NCBI RefSeq assembly: GCF_964194025.1
Contig: NC_134477.1
Location: 38,750,001-38,814,000 of the forward strand
Origin: Convolutriloba macropyga
Lineage: Eukaryota
Direction of reading: 5' to 3'
DNA: 64,000 nt
Shown here: positions 1 through 11,923 of the stretch, in pieces
How positions within the stretch are numbered: the first letter of the stretch is position 1
How the letters are laid out: each line of letters opens with the position of its first letter
Made by a program: the position numbers and the translations under genes
Notes under the pieces: model-generated
The model's database searches: none
The model's input: the letters and a program-made list of their open reading frames with translations, nothing else
Told to the model about the DNA's origin: nothing

Positions 1-448
1 CATTGCTCTCATTCGGTAGGTTGGATTTTTTCAAAACATTATCTTTTTTTCCTGATGATAAATTGAATGTTTCCTTGCTCTTAAACAATCTTTCTGAGTC
101 TGTATTTTCCTGCAAAGTTTTTGCAAACTTGATGAATCATTTACAATCAGCGCATAACAATTATTGACAACAAGCGTAGCATTATCAATTGGTTCCCAAT
201 AATTTAATGTTTGCCATTTTATTCCAAAAATAATTCAAAACTAAAATTCATATCTGCTGTCATTTGCAGGCTTTTGCAGCAATAAGTGAAAGATTTTATT
301 GCTGTTCTCCGGATGGAAGGACCTTCTAGAGAGCAATGGTTTTTCTTTTTTAACATCGCGATGTGTGCAATCAACAAAGAGGTTATAAACATAGTATGCC
401 AAAATACCCAATCTACCAAAATACTAACCGTCAATAAATTCCTTTTTA

Positions 449-967
449 TGGCTGCGAAGCTGTAAGCTGAGCGAAGCTATATTGCGGTGCTCTTGGTTTT
501 TTTTGTTTCGTCGTCTGACGCTCTTTTTTCGTTTTACATTTTTTCACATAGCAAAGCTGAAAAAGTCAAATTTTTTGAATAAATTCTTCCTCTCACTAAC
601 GGCATTTGCTCGCATGACGTCATTTCAGACTCGCTTTAGCTAAAGTTTTTAGGTTATTTGCGTGATTAGATTTTGATCATAAGTGATTTACCTCACTCAA
701 TAAAATGACTTTTGCACTTTAAAACCTAAGTTTAATTTGAATTTGTTTAGGGTCAAAGGAACTCATATGTGCAGTAAAGGTCCCTAATAAGAGGATTCTG
801 CTGAATGAATTCTAACAAGCCTTTTTAATTTATCGCTGAATGTTTTTTACCTAGTTTTTTTAGCAACGTCGATTTTTTTTCAATTTAGATCTGCACCTGT
901 TTCTATCTCTATTATATGGCACGCAGATCTATTCCTTCGCAGCTAATCCGGCAATCTGCCGGCTATA
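449..967 (+). mobile_element. Non-autonomous Helentron/DINE-1-type rolling-circle element, copy 1
   Basis: Subterminal inverted repeat GCTGCGAAG (451-459) / CTTCGCAGC (935-943), then 3' hairpin CCGGCA-atc-TGCCGG (948-962); T-rich flanks; no ORF. Confidence 0.6.
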
Positions 968-1473
968 TTTAGAGTTGCGAAGCTGTATTCTGAGCGGAGC
1001 TATATTGCGGTGCTCTTGGTTTTTTACAGTTTTTTGACACTCTTGGTTTTACATTTGTTCACACAGCCAAGCTTAAGTCAAGTTTTTTGAACTACTGTTC
1101 CTATCACTAACGGCATTTGCGCACGTGACGTCGTTCCTCATTGTCTCTCTAACAAAGGTTTTACAATCATTTGCGAGATTAGATTTTGATCATAAATGAC
1201 GAACCTCACTCAATAAAATGACTTTGGTCTTTAACACTTGAATTTATTTCGAATTAGTTTAAAGTCAAAGGAACTTATATAAGGAGTAAATGTCCCTATT
1301 AAAAGGCTTCGGCGGATTGAACACTAACAAGCTTTATTAATTTATCGGTGAATGTTTTGTACCTAGCTTTTTGAGCGGCGCCGATTTTAATTGAGATCTG
1401 TATCTGTTTCTATCTTTATTAAACGGCACGCAAGTCTATTTGCAGCTATTCCGGCAATCAATCGGCTAGGTTT
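968..1473 (+). mobile_element. Non-autonomous Helentron-type element, copy 2 (head-to-tail with copy 1)
   Basis: Colinear diverged copy of 449-967 (gttgcgaagctg... to ...ttgcagctattccggcaatcaatcggctag). Confidence 0.6.
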
Positions 1474-2134
1474 CATCTTTTTGCCCAATGAATTAAATAC
1501 AAAATAGCAGTTCCTGTTGAAAGCATGTTTTCATCAAACTTAAACTATTTTGATTCAATATTTGGATTCAGAAAGTTATATGACAAAATTTAATGGGCCT
1601 CTGAGGTATGACCAAACAAAATAGTTTCATACCTTCAGCTTGACAAACATTTTTGTTACATTAAAAGTAACTAATTTAGACATTATAGGCAAAATTAAAT
1701 TTCTGGTCATGGGGGATGTTTGGATGAGTGGGCTAAATATTGGATACAATCCTATTTTTGGTACATTGGGCATGTTGTCAACCGATGCCATTATACCAAC
1801 CTGCCTTTTTACCCAATGCCAATTTTGTTTTACTCCTGTTAAAAGTATCAGAACGACTATTTACCATAATAGGGACCGTGGTAATTGATATGAATCTATC
1901 ACAACTAACATTATATGATAATCTCCGCTTACCTTAGAAATCCTTGACATTGCGACTGCTATTTATTACCCGAATTATTGAGTGAAAAGATGAAAGGGCA
2001 TTGGGTAAACTGGCGATGAACTTACTAACATTGGACAAATTTGTGATTTGGGTATTTAGGCATTGAGTAAAATTGACTTTGTATTTGTCTTGTAACCTTT
2101 TTACTGCTATGTCGTCATTTAAAGACTTTTTTCA

Positions 2135-3130
2135 TACAACACTGCACTCATTCGATAGGGCTGGCATTTTTTTTAAAAAACAGAAAAAAAAGTCATAGCT
2201 TTGGGTGGGATATTTTGCAGAGTGCAGTGTTTTGTTTTGTCCTAAACGTTTGACTTTGCTTTGATTTAATTCAAATGTGATAATGAAAGCTCCTTTATTT
2301 TCATGACTTTTATGCTGTTTTAAAGGCTGTTTCAAAATTGTTTAAAAGATACCCATCTGATGATCTGTTACACCGAAAATTTTTTCAATAAAAGCACTGC
2401 ACTCATTCGATAGGGCGGGGAATTTTTCTTCAAAAAATGGAAAAAATTCATTGTTTTTTGCTGACGGGCGGGATTTATTTTTTTAACAGAGTGCAGTTTT
2501 TTGTTGTAACATTTTTGTTGTGCTTTAATACGATTCGATTATGATAATCAAATAAGCTCTTTCATTTTTGTTTACAATTCTATGTAGAAAACCGCGCTTT
2601 CAAATTTGTTTCAAATAGATTCTCATCTGATGATCTTTTATACCGAAAACTTTTTTAACAAAAGCACTGCACTCATTCGATAGGGCGGGGGATTTCTCTT
2701 CAAAAATTGGAAAAAAATCTTTGTTTTGTGCTGATGGGCGGGATTTTTTTTAACCGAGTACAGTGTTTTGTTTTAAAAGTTTTGATGTGCATTAATACGA
2801 TTCGATTATGATAATCAAAATAGCTCTTTCATTTTTGTTTACAATTCTATGTAGAAAACTGCTCTTTCAAATTTGTTTCAAATAGATTCTCATCTGATGA
2901 TATTTTATACCAAAAACTTTTTTAACAAAAGCACTGCACTCATTCGATAGGGCGGGGGATTTCTCTTCAAAAATTTGAAAAAGCTGTGTGCTGACGGGCG
3001 GGATTTTTTTTAACAGAGTGCAGCGTTTTGTTTTAAAAGTTTTGTTGTGCTTCAACACGATTGTTGTGCTTCAAGTTTTGTTGTGCTCTTTCATTTTTTT
3101 ACAATTTTTTTATGAAAACTGCTCTTTCAA
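2135..3130. repeat. Tandem repeat, ~255-270 bp unit, ~4 copies
   Basis: CACTGCACTCATTCGATAGGG recurs at ~2140, 2395, 2665 and 2932; units carry a more or less intact inverted GAGTGCAG. Confidence 0.85.
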
Positions 3131-3369
3131 ATGAGGTTATACAAACGAGTTTCAGCGCAAAAGCAATCAAGAGTTTTTGTAATCAAGAGCAATAAAGTTT
3201 TTTATTCCAAGAGTTTTGAAACCTATCACAAGGTAGCCTTCTGTTCCCCTTCTCTTTCATTTTTGTTCACATTTCTACTATGAAGAAAACTGCGGTTTCA
3301 AATTTGTTCCAAATCGATTCTAATCTTATGTATTGACTGAAGAATTTAACTAGTCTTAGTGGCCAATTA

Positions 3370-3693
3370 AGTCAAATAATTTAATTTTTTTAAAAAGTTT
3401 TTATGAGTTTGTGGTCAAGACTGTTTTTATAATGTGTTAATTGACAAACTTTTTATAAATTAATGTCTTTATTGACAAACTTGTTATAAATTAATGTCTT
3501 AATTGACAAACTTGACAAAGCAAAAATTTGCAAATAAGTTACAAATTATTGTATCATTTCTTAAATATTTATAAATTAATGCAAATTATTTGCAATAATT
3601 TATAAATTTTTATAAATATAATGCATCTTTTTTGCAAAAATTTATAAACAGTTTGCAAATGTTTATAAATTTTACATTATATTTTGACTGGGG
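3370..3693. mobile_element. MITE remnant with right terminus ATTTTGACTGGG(G)
   Basis: 3681-3693 is the reverse complement of the CCCCAGTCAAAAT terminus at 48201; internal tttataaa/ttgcaaa/ttgacaaa repeats; left end not found. Confidence 0.4.
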
Positions 3694-5507
3694 TAACCCA
3701 AAAACTGCTGCCCAGTTTCCTCAGGCTTCAAAAGGATAGTCATTTTCAATCGTTATTTCGTCTCAGTTTTGTTAGGATTATAATGAGATGAGACTTGCAT
3801 TTTAAATACTATCGCGAATGAAGAGAAAATTTTGTGATTTTATTTAGATTGACATGTTTTTAATATATTTTTATTAATTATTTTTGATAATAATGATTAT
3901 TTTAGAAACTCCTGTTCATATTTTATATATTGTTGTCAAAAACTAAAAAATCCGTAACTATTCAACAGCTACTTAGAAAGCTGGTCTTGAATATTGTGTC
4001 AGAATTTAAGCATTACGAGCGACTACCGGTACCAAAAAAAATCCACTTCCAAAGAAAATGGCTGGCGCTTTCAGGTCCAAAAAGCAATTAAGAGTCTTAA
4101 ATTAAAAAATAGGATCAAATGAATGTGAAAATTACATTCGTTCAACTGTAAGGAATTTCACTAAATTTTAATCCTTTTTATTGTTTTCCTGCTCAATTTT
4201 ACAATTTAATGTTGTACTATTGGAGTATTAAAATGAAGGATTATACTGCAATTAATCTGTCACAAAACTCTTTTTTCACTTTACAAGAGTAGTTTCCACT
4301 TTTCAACTTCCAGTATAAAAGTGAAAAAAAAACATTGACTGGAACTTCAATATAAGGCACCGTTTTTTCGCCCCCAAAGTACTCAAAAATTGCGTACCGG
4401 GAGACGCCCTTATTGTGTTCAATTAGACTCTATTAACTTCTAAATAACGATTTTATCTCGAATTAGTAGAATACTCATAAAAAACAAACAATTACACAAA
4501 ACCGACTACAAAATATCACTTATTTACGTTACAAAACTCATGGATATGCTTTGTTTCAACAGAAAAGACCATGCATGAAAAAATATTGTTCAATTAAAAA
4601 ACTCCTCTGCATTTGAAATGGTTAGAGAAGTATTTTGATAATCACTGATGCACTTGTTCAGTCAATTCAATTCAAATTCATTTGAACAAACTTCAGAACA
4701 TCAAAAAGAGACTTACTTTAGGTCACATGATTAAATTTACAGTGAACCAGTCAATAATCAAATTCCTACTTGATAACTGCATCAATTTCGACTGCATCTG
4801 AGGTGAGTGGAGTGTGTTGTGCCTTGTATCTATTGGGATTAGAAATTCGGAATCTCCTCAGAATTATCCAAGCCAAAAGGATTTAATTATTTAATTGATA
4901 ACTAATAACTAATAGAATTTAATTGATAACTAATGCAATGATGTCTCTGAAAAATATCAATAAATCCGATTCGGAAAAATAAAAAAATCTCCGTAAATCC
5001 GAAATTTTCTAGTTCACTGTTTTTAGTTACGATATAAATCTACTACACATCAAACCAAGCCGAATAGATGCATGTTACTATTCTTTTTCAAGCTGATTCA
5101 GCACAATTAGGACATACCGACATTGTGGATCAAAATGGAATTTCAACCATCGACAAAGTGTGTAGCCAAGGAAAATAGCTGCAACAATTTTGGAAAACAT
5201 TTTTTAATAAATTTTGCAGTGAGAAACCAGAATTGTGGTCAACTGTGGCCCTAGATACAATGATCAAAACTCAAAAAGAAAAAAAAGTTACACAAAATAT
5301 ATGCAGATCAACAACAAATAATAACCAGCTTGACTAAATACTGAATTATAACATCATTTTTGTCTCAAATTACGAATCATGAGGAAACGAATAGTCGATT
5401 GGACACATGGTTCAATCATCGTAAACTGAAAAAAAACGCAGCGCAAAAGGTTGCTCGGTTTTGGCAACGCGGGTGCAATTGTAACTAGCGTAATTGCAAA
5501 ACACACC

Positions 5508-6121
5508 TGTGGTATAGTATGACATTGTATTAAAAAGGGGCTATTGATTTCCTGTTTGACAATTTCCTGTTTGAAGACCAAATCTTCATATTTCACGTTT
5601 ATTTAATTTGTTTACAAATTGACAATTTCCTGTTTGAAGATCAAATCTTCATATTTCACGTTTTTTTAATTTGTTTACAAATTTTGTCTGAAAACCATGT
5701 CTGTTCATGTCTGAAAACCATGTCTGTTCATGTAGTCTTGTGATTTGAGTTGCCGTGTTTGGAGATATTTTGATGTGATCAACTTGTTGATCAAATTTAC
5801 TTAAATTTGATTTCCTCAGTCTGCTTAATTCGTAATTCAAGTTTAGTTGCCTCTCTTTATTCTCAAATCCGCTCCGCCAAACACTCAATTGTATTCAAAC
5901 AAATTATAGTCGTAATTCGCTAAGCGAAATACGAATCTATAAAATAGAGCTAAAATCGTGCCGCCAGTTGCACGCATATTTAGCACTCAGAAAAACGAAC
6001 TCTCATATTTCAAATATAATAGCGAATTCGCTCCGCGAAATAGCATATTATTAAGAACCATAAATCCTTTATTTTGGCACCGCTATTTCTCTCCGAATAC
6101 AGTAACGAAATCTGTATGACA
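5508..6121 (+). repeat. 5' LTR
   Basis: TGTGGTATAG...TATGACA; direct repeat of 6908-7545 with indels; internal ~63-bp tandem duplication. Confidence 0.92.
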
Positions 6122-6387
6122 TGGCGCAGTCAGCTCGTGAATCTCGAAAAACACCGTTGTCGATAGAGCCATTTTGGGAACGACCAACTTCGGACCCTCC
6201 TATGAGATGGGAAAAGTGGCGCATTGAAGTAGAACTTGCCATTTCTGCCCGTGAAAACATCACACTAGATACAATTCTCCAACCGAAACCAGCAATGGTA
6301 CGACTACCAGCTGAACCGAAGAACGAGATGGCAATTGAAGATGCGACAGAAGAAACAGAAAGAGATCGACAAATAAGAAATAGTTAA
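6121..6387 (+). pseudogene. gag: Truncated Gag N-terminus
   Basis: 88-aa ORF starting at the LTR/PBS junction with the PF...WEKW motif typical of Mag-like Gag N-termini. Confidence 0.7.
6122..6134 (+). promoter_or_regulatory. Primer binding site, tRNA-Ser-like
   Basis: TGGCGCAGTCAGC immediately after the LTR; complementary to a ...GCUGACUGCG-CCA 3' end as in invertebrate tRNA-Ser. Confidence 0.75.
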
Positions 6388-6907
6388 TCGACATCAATTG
6401 TAATTACGGAGCCACCATCAAGACCAAAAAAGAAAGCCGCTACCAAAGCATCTGCAGCAATACAGCCATTAAAAAGAAAAGGATCTTCTCTGTCAATTAC
6501 GGAACCAGACGAATCATTAGCGTCTTTCCAAACATGCCCTCCAACAACTTCCTCGTCTACAGCACCTTCACGAAACAAAAGAAGGCAGCTAAATAAACAG
6601 ACTCAAATTCAAAATAAGTCGATTGTATCTTCAATCAAGAAAGTCGCAGCTCAGAGCCAAGATGTGGAAACAGACTATACAGTAGGACAATGTTCACCTG
6701 TACAGACGTATCCGACCCCGTATTATATTTCACCAAATTACGAGGGACCAGAAACGTCCATGACAGTCGGCGAAGCTGAGAGACTATATGAAAGTGATTC
6801 AGATTAAAACTTGCAAAAAACAATAGAGTATTATTTATAGTAATCGGTAAATATGTTATTAATTTTCTGATAAACCACTTCGTCGTTTTTTTTCGCTGAG
6901 GGGGAAA

Positions 6908-7545
6908 TGTGGCATAGTATGATATGGTATTAAAAAGGAGCTATTGATTTGGGTACACCAAATCTGTTTAATTTTAAGTTATTTTTAATTTAGTTCATTT
7001 TGTTTACCTTTTAGTTCTAATTCCATTGTCAATTTCCTGTTTGAAGATCAAATCTTCATATTTCACGTTTATTTAATTTGTTTACAAATTGACAATTTCC
7101 TGTTTGAAGATCAAATCTTCATATTTCACGTTTATTTAATTTGTTTACAAATTTTGTCTGAAAACCCCGTCTGTTCATGTAGTCTTGTGATTTGAGTTGC
7201 CGTGTTTGGAGATATTTTGATGTGATCAACTTGATTTCCTCAGTCTGCTTAATTCGTTATTCAAGTTTAGTTGCCTCTCTTTATTCTCAAATCCGCTCCG
7301 CCAAACACTCAATTGTATTCAAACAATTTATAGTCGTAATTCGCTAAGCAAAATACGAATCTATAAACTAGAGCTACAATCGTTCCGCCAATTGCACGCA
7401 TATTTAGCACTCAGAAAAACGAATTCTCATATTTCAAATTTAATAGCGAACTCGCTCCGAGAAATAGCATATAATTAAGAACCTTAAATCCTGTACTTTG
7501 GCACCGCTATTTCACTCCGAATACAGTAACGAAATCTGTATGACA
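6908..7545 (+). repeat. 3' LTR
   Basis: Preceded by polypurine tract GAGGGGGAAA and followed by TSD ACACC. Confidence 0.92.
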
Positions 7546-8289
7546 ACACCATTAGAATTTGCGCTGCTCCCAAGTGGATTGATATCGCGCTTTAAAATCT
7601 ACTTCCACTCTCTGAAAAAGAGAAAGGACGTTGGGAGTAAATGAAACGCATATAAAATACAACGACTGGAAATATGATAAAGTGATTATCGTCGTAATAG
7701 ATATTGAATTGCATTGTTAAACCATAGTCCTTAAATCACGCCAACTGAACCCCAATCCAGAAATTGCACGACACTGTAATTTTGTTACCGCTATAGGAGA
7801 TATGACGCATACATAACCATTTAAAATAAACTTTTGTGGATTAACGAATACGCGAGCTGGATTCGAAAAGCTACAGATTATGAGCTAATTTGGTTCAAAA
7901 ACACAAAGTGTTTTCTTGACAATATATTAAGTGGAAGCAGGAAAACTCAAGAAGTACGTCCAAAATCAGTGCTACTTTTATCTGATTCACATAAACCGCA
8001 ATTTTTTTCGAACTTCATTTTAGAGCTAATCATTTTTGAGACATAATACGTAAGCATTGGTCTTCTTCGGAACAAAATCTCAGTTTTGACGCTTTTGATG
8101 GATTTTTAAGATTGAATCTTTTTCTGCTTGATCAATGACATGAACTCTAAAGGACATCATTAGACTTCCAAAGTTCGGTACGGCCTTGGAAGAGGCTTGA
8201 CAGGTTTTTACAATTTCGAACTGTTTCGAGACAAATTTTTTGACCATCAGGCCTACCTGCAGAGCAAATTAAAGTTCGAAAAAATTACT

Positions 8290-8583
8290 TTAGAAAAATT
8301 ACAAAACTTGATACGGCCTTATACGGCACCGTACTAAGTTTTGTAATTTTTCAGAGATTTAAAAAGTTATACCCAGTGCCATAAAGTGATGAAAAAGTGA
8401 CTTGTATGAGATAAGCGGTAGATTTAAAGTCGATTTTAGGAATTTAGAATTTACAAATTGGTAATTACATCAATTGGCTACGGTGCCGTAGAAAACTTAT
8501 TACGGCCTTATACGGTGCCCTACAAAGTTTTCTACGGCAGCTTATAAGTCTTAGTAAGTTTTCAAAGTTTTGTCTACGGTGGG
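8290..8583. mobile_element. MITE-like remnant with TACGG(C/T) motif array
   Basis: Repeated tacggcc/tacggtgcc/ccgta motifs ending in ...CTACGGTGGG; the same motif family occurs at 17232-17446; left end approximate. Confidence 0.4.
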
Positions 8584-10318
8584 TAACCTGGGAGATCAAT
8601 GTCCAGATAGATTGGATAACAAAAACCTGACAATTTCTCCGGAAAACTATTGCAATCCAAGCATTACAACTACCAAAAACACTAAAGAACTACAATCTTT
8701 CTGCACATCACTTTCCACAGTTCTTTCCTATTTTAGCGCAGATTCACAACCAAATGGCCACTTTTTCAACAAATCATTTGAACCAAAACGTCTGATCAAC
8801 GCTTAGGCGATTCAAGAGCATATCGCAAACTCGGGTTAAAGTAGCCATTTTTTTTCCATTTTTCAAACACGTGCCAAATAGTACAGGTTTAATAGCGGCT
8901 TTAGAACGGCACAACCAAACTTATGCTCTCTCATTGCTTCTTATAATCTCTAATGACTAGAAACGCAGGTATTCATAAGATGAAAGTTCACCGAGACCTT
9001 TATTTCAACTACGAAAGATCACCGATCCAATAAGATGTACAATGGTAGTCTCACAAGATGTACAGTGGTATTCTCTAGTAATTTCAGCTTAATTTTTCAA
9101 TGGTGCTCCTAGCATGCACTAAAATTGAACCTCTATATTGTCTACCAGGAAATTCTAATTAAAATGAAATTAAAACATTACATTACGACAATTTGTTACT
9201 TAATAGCATCCATAGCCAAATTTAGGACCACAACTGAACACGTTATTTGAGTCACGCAAATTACACTGATAATGGCCCGCAAAGAAGTAAGCAAGTCACA
9301 TCTAAAGGATGCGAATTCAACGTATTTATCAGTCACATTCCATCTGAAATTTCAATGAAAATTTTTAAACACCATTTGTTGGTAAACAGCCCAAAACTAA
9401 ATACTTGCTTATTGCATAAAACAATTTTTCCCAACAGGGGTCTTTGAAAACAAAAATTTCACACATGTTTATAATACAGCCAAAAATTTAGACTGATCCA
9501 ATTATGCCTTCCTAATATCCTCCCGAAAAAAAAACAATTGTCAAAAGTGAGCTCCAATGACCTTGAAATATTCAATTGAAAATTAAAAGCGAACTTCAGT
9601 GGAAAACTCAACAACAACAGCTGATAAACCAGGCAAACCAACAACACTTTCAACAAAAACACATTAGCTGTAAGAAAACCTGTTATAAATAGTGTTATCC
9701 GAGGTTTTCAACCAGGCCCTAATTGAGAACAAGCAAAGACGCGTCGTAGGAGGTCAGTTATTACGTCCTCCAAACAACACGGAAACACAGTTATTGGCAA
9801 GATTTTCATATCACAGGCAGATTTCTGGATATGTGTGGATAAGAAGATTGCAATCTGTGGCGTATTAAAGACAGCATCGAGGCAACACACTGCAAGCACG
9901 TATGGAAGGCCTGATTTGGTACCGTAGCTTGGTGACATAACATGAATAGGATTAACATTGCATTAAAATCAGAATGCAAACCTCGTACAGAAAAGTTTAA
10001 AATCTATTTTGTCAAATAGATAATAACCTAAACAGTTTAAACTGATCACCAACTTCAAGTACAAATCAAGCACCTATATATGTAAAGAAAGAACTATGAA
10101 TATTCCTCCGCGGCAGTTTATTTTGAACCAAAAACTAACACGTCTCTAAGCAAATTTATCATAACACCTGATTAATCTCATTTAAAATTATGAAATTACA
10201 TTAAATAAAAATTCGGATAAAAAAGCAGTACCAACAGACAATTATCATAGTTAAATAGGTTCTCTCACAAAATGTCTCAGAGATACCAAAGTACTGCGGT
10301 CCATGAGCAAAATTAATG

Positions 10319-11143
10319 CCCGGGTCGAGCAAAGATCGGAAAAATATGTAAGATAAGCGGTGAAAAGTTTGTTTTTTCACCGCAAATTTTGTACATAATT
10401 TTGCGGTGATATGCGGTGAAAGCGGTGAAATTTTAAGATCACCGCTAGAGTAAGCGGTGACCTTAAAAAAAGTTACCACATTTCACCGCTTACTACAAGT
10501 TACCATCCTTGCACGTATTCGAACCCTCACATCCTGCATGCCATCCACTTTTATCCACATCTTATGTAATATCACCGCATTCACTGCTGTTCCCACACAA
10601 TTTTAACACTTTTCTAAGCGATGAAATTATGTAAGTTCACCACTAAGTTAAGCGATGAATTTATGTAGTTTCATCGCATTCACTGCTTATCTCACATATT
10701 TTGGACATTTTTTTCAAAGTGGTGATTTTATGTAATTTCGACGCTACCAAAGGTATTTTTAACCGCATTCACCGCCTGAGTTATGTAATTTCACCGCATT
10801 CATTGCTTAACTTACATAATTTGGATACGTTTTTTTCAAAGTGGTGAATTTATGTAATTTCAACGCTACCAGACGATAAAGGTATTTTTATCCGCATTCA
10901 CCGCCTGAGTAATGTAATTTCACCGCATTCATTGCTTAACTTACATAGTTTGGACACGTTTTTTTTCTAAGTGGTGAATTTATGTAATTTCAACGCTGCC
11001 AGGCGATAAAGTTATTTTTAACCGCATTCACCGCCTGATTTATGTTATTTCACCGATTTCACCGCTTATTTTACAAAATTTTCCGCATTCACCGCTCATC
11101 TTACATAATTTTGCGTTGAATGGCGGTGACATCTCGACCCGGG
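10319..11143 (+). mobile_element. Non-autonomous EnSpm/CACTA-type MITE (CCC...GGG termini)
   Basis: Perfect 11-bp TIR CCCGGGTCGAG / CTCGACCCGGG; dense (TT)CACCGC / GCGGTGA subterminal motifs; flanks TG and CG (possible 2-bp TSD with one transition). Confidence 0.8.
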
Positions 11144-11869
11144 CGACCCGCAAGGTAAATCACGCCTCATTACAAACAAGCAGCCTGGACGACATTTGCG
11201 CCGCACTGAGGTACCCCCTTTACCCATGTTATCCAAGAAAATTTTCGTCAGTAAACGCGGTTAAAGAAAAACCTTGACAGCTTACATAAAGTTCTCTTCT
11301 ACTTATGGTTCTCTGGTTATCTAGAAAAGACCAACAAATTCAAAAATTAAAGGGCCGAAACGAACTGAATTCGCTATCGGAAGTTCATAAATTGCGAAAT
11401 TCAAAAAAAAGCAAACATCACTTCATGGATATGTCTGACCAAGACATACAAAACCAAGGGGAAAAGAACGAAGCAGAAAATGCAAAAAAACCTGACGCAC
11501 AAGAGAAAGGCGTCGGAAATAAGAAGGAAAAATAGCGAAAAAGATAATGTAAAGAAGATGAAGCGTCACGAGGACAATGCAGGTTTTGTTTTCAGTCTAA
11601 CAGTTCTCGCATGCTCTATTGAACAGTTGTCGCACGCTAAGAGTTCGACAATCGAAACAACCGAAAATGCAAGCACGAAATTAGAAACATATGATTCCAA
11701 CACACAGAAAAAAACTGTACCTGCATTTGATCGAGTTTTACCGATAGAAACATCAATTTCTATGGGTCGTCTAACAAGCTAAATCGCAATTCGCCGAAAA
11801 TTCATGATTTTCATCTAGAAGTAATCAGATTGCAGCACCGTCTTATTTTTCTTCGAAACAAATCCAAAA

Positions 11870-11870
11870 G

Positions 11871-11922
<52 letters not shown>
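11870..11922. repeat. (GAAA)n(GA)n microsatellite
   Basis: Directly visible. Confidence 0.95.

Positions 11923-11923
<1 letters not shown>

Larger units (their letters stand above)
5508..7545 (+). mobile_element. Internally deleted Ty3/gypsy (Mag-like) LTR retrotransposon
   Basis: TG...CA LTRs 5508-6121 and 6908-7545; 5-bp TSD ACACC (5503-5507, 7546-7550); PBS at 6122; PPT 6898-6907; only 786 bp of internal sequence. Confidence 0.92.

Noticed and set aside
1500-2100. Coding-like composition with short ORFs
   Set aside because: Stops in the frames examined and no family motif recognised.
8600-10100. Possible decayed LINE
   Set aside because: A/C-rich strand bias only; no convincing EN or RT motif found by eye.
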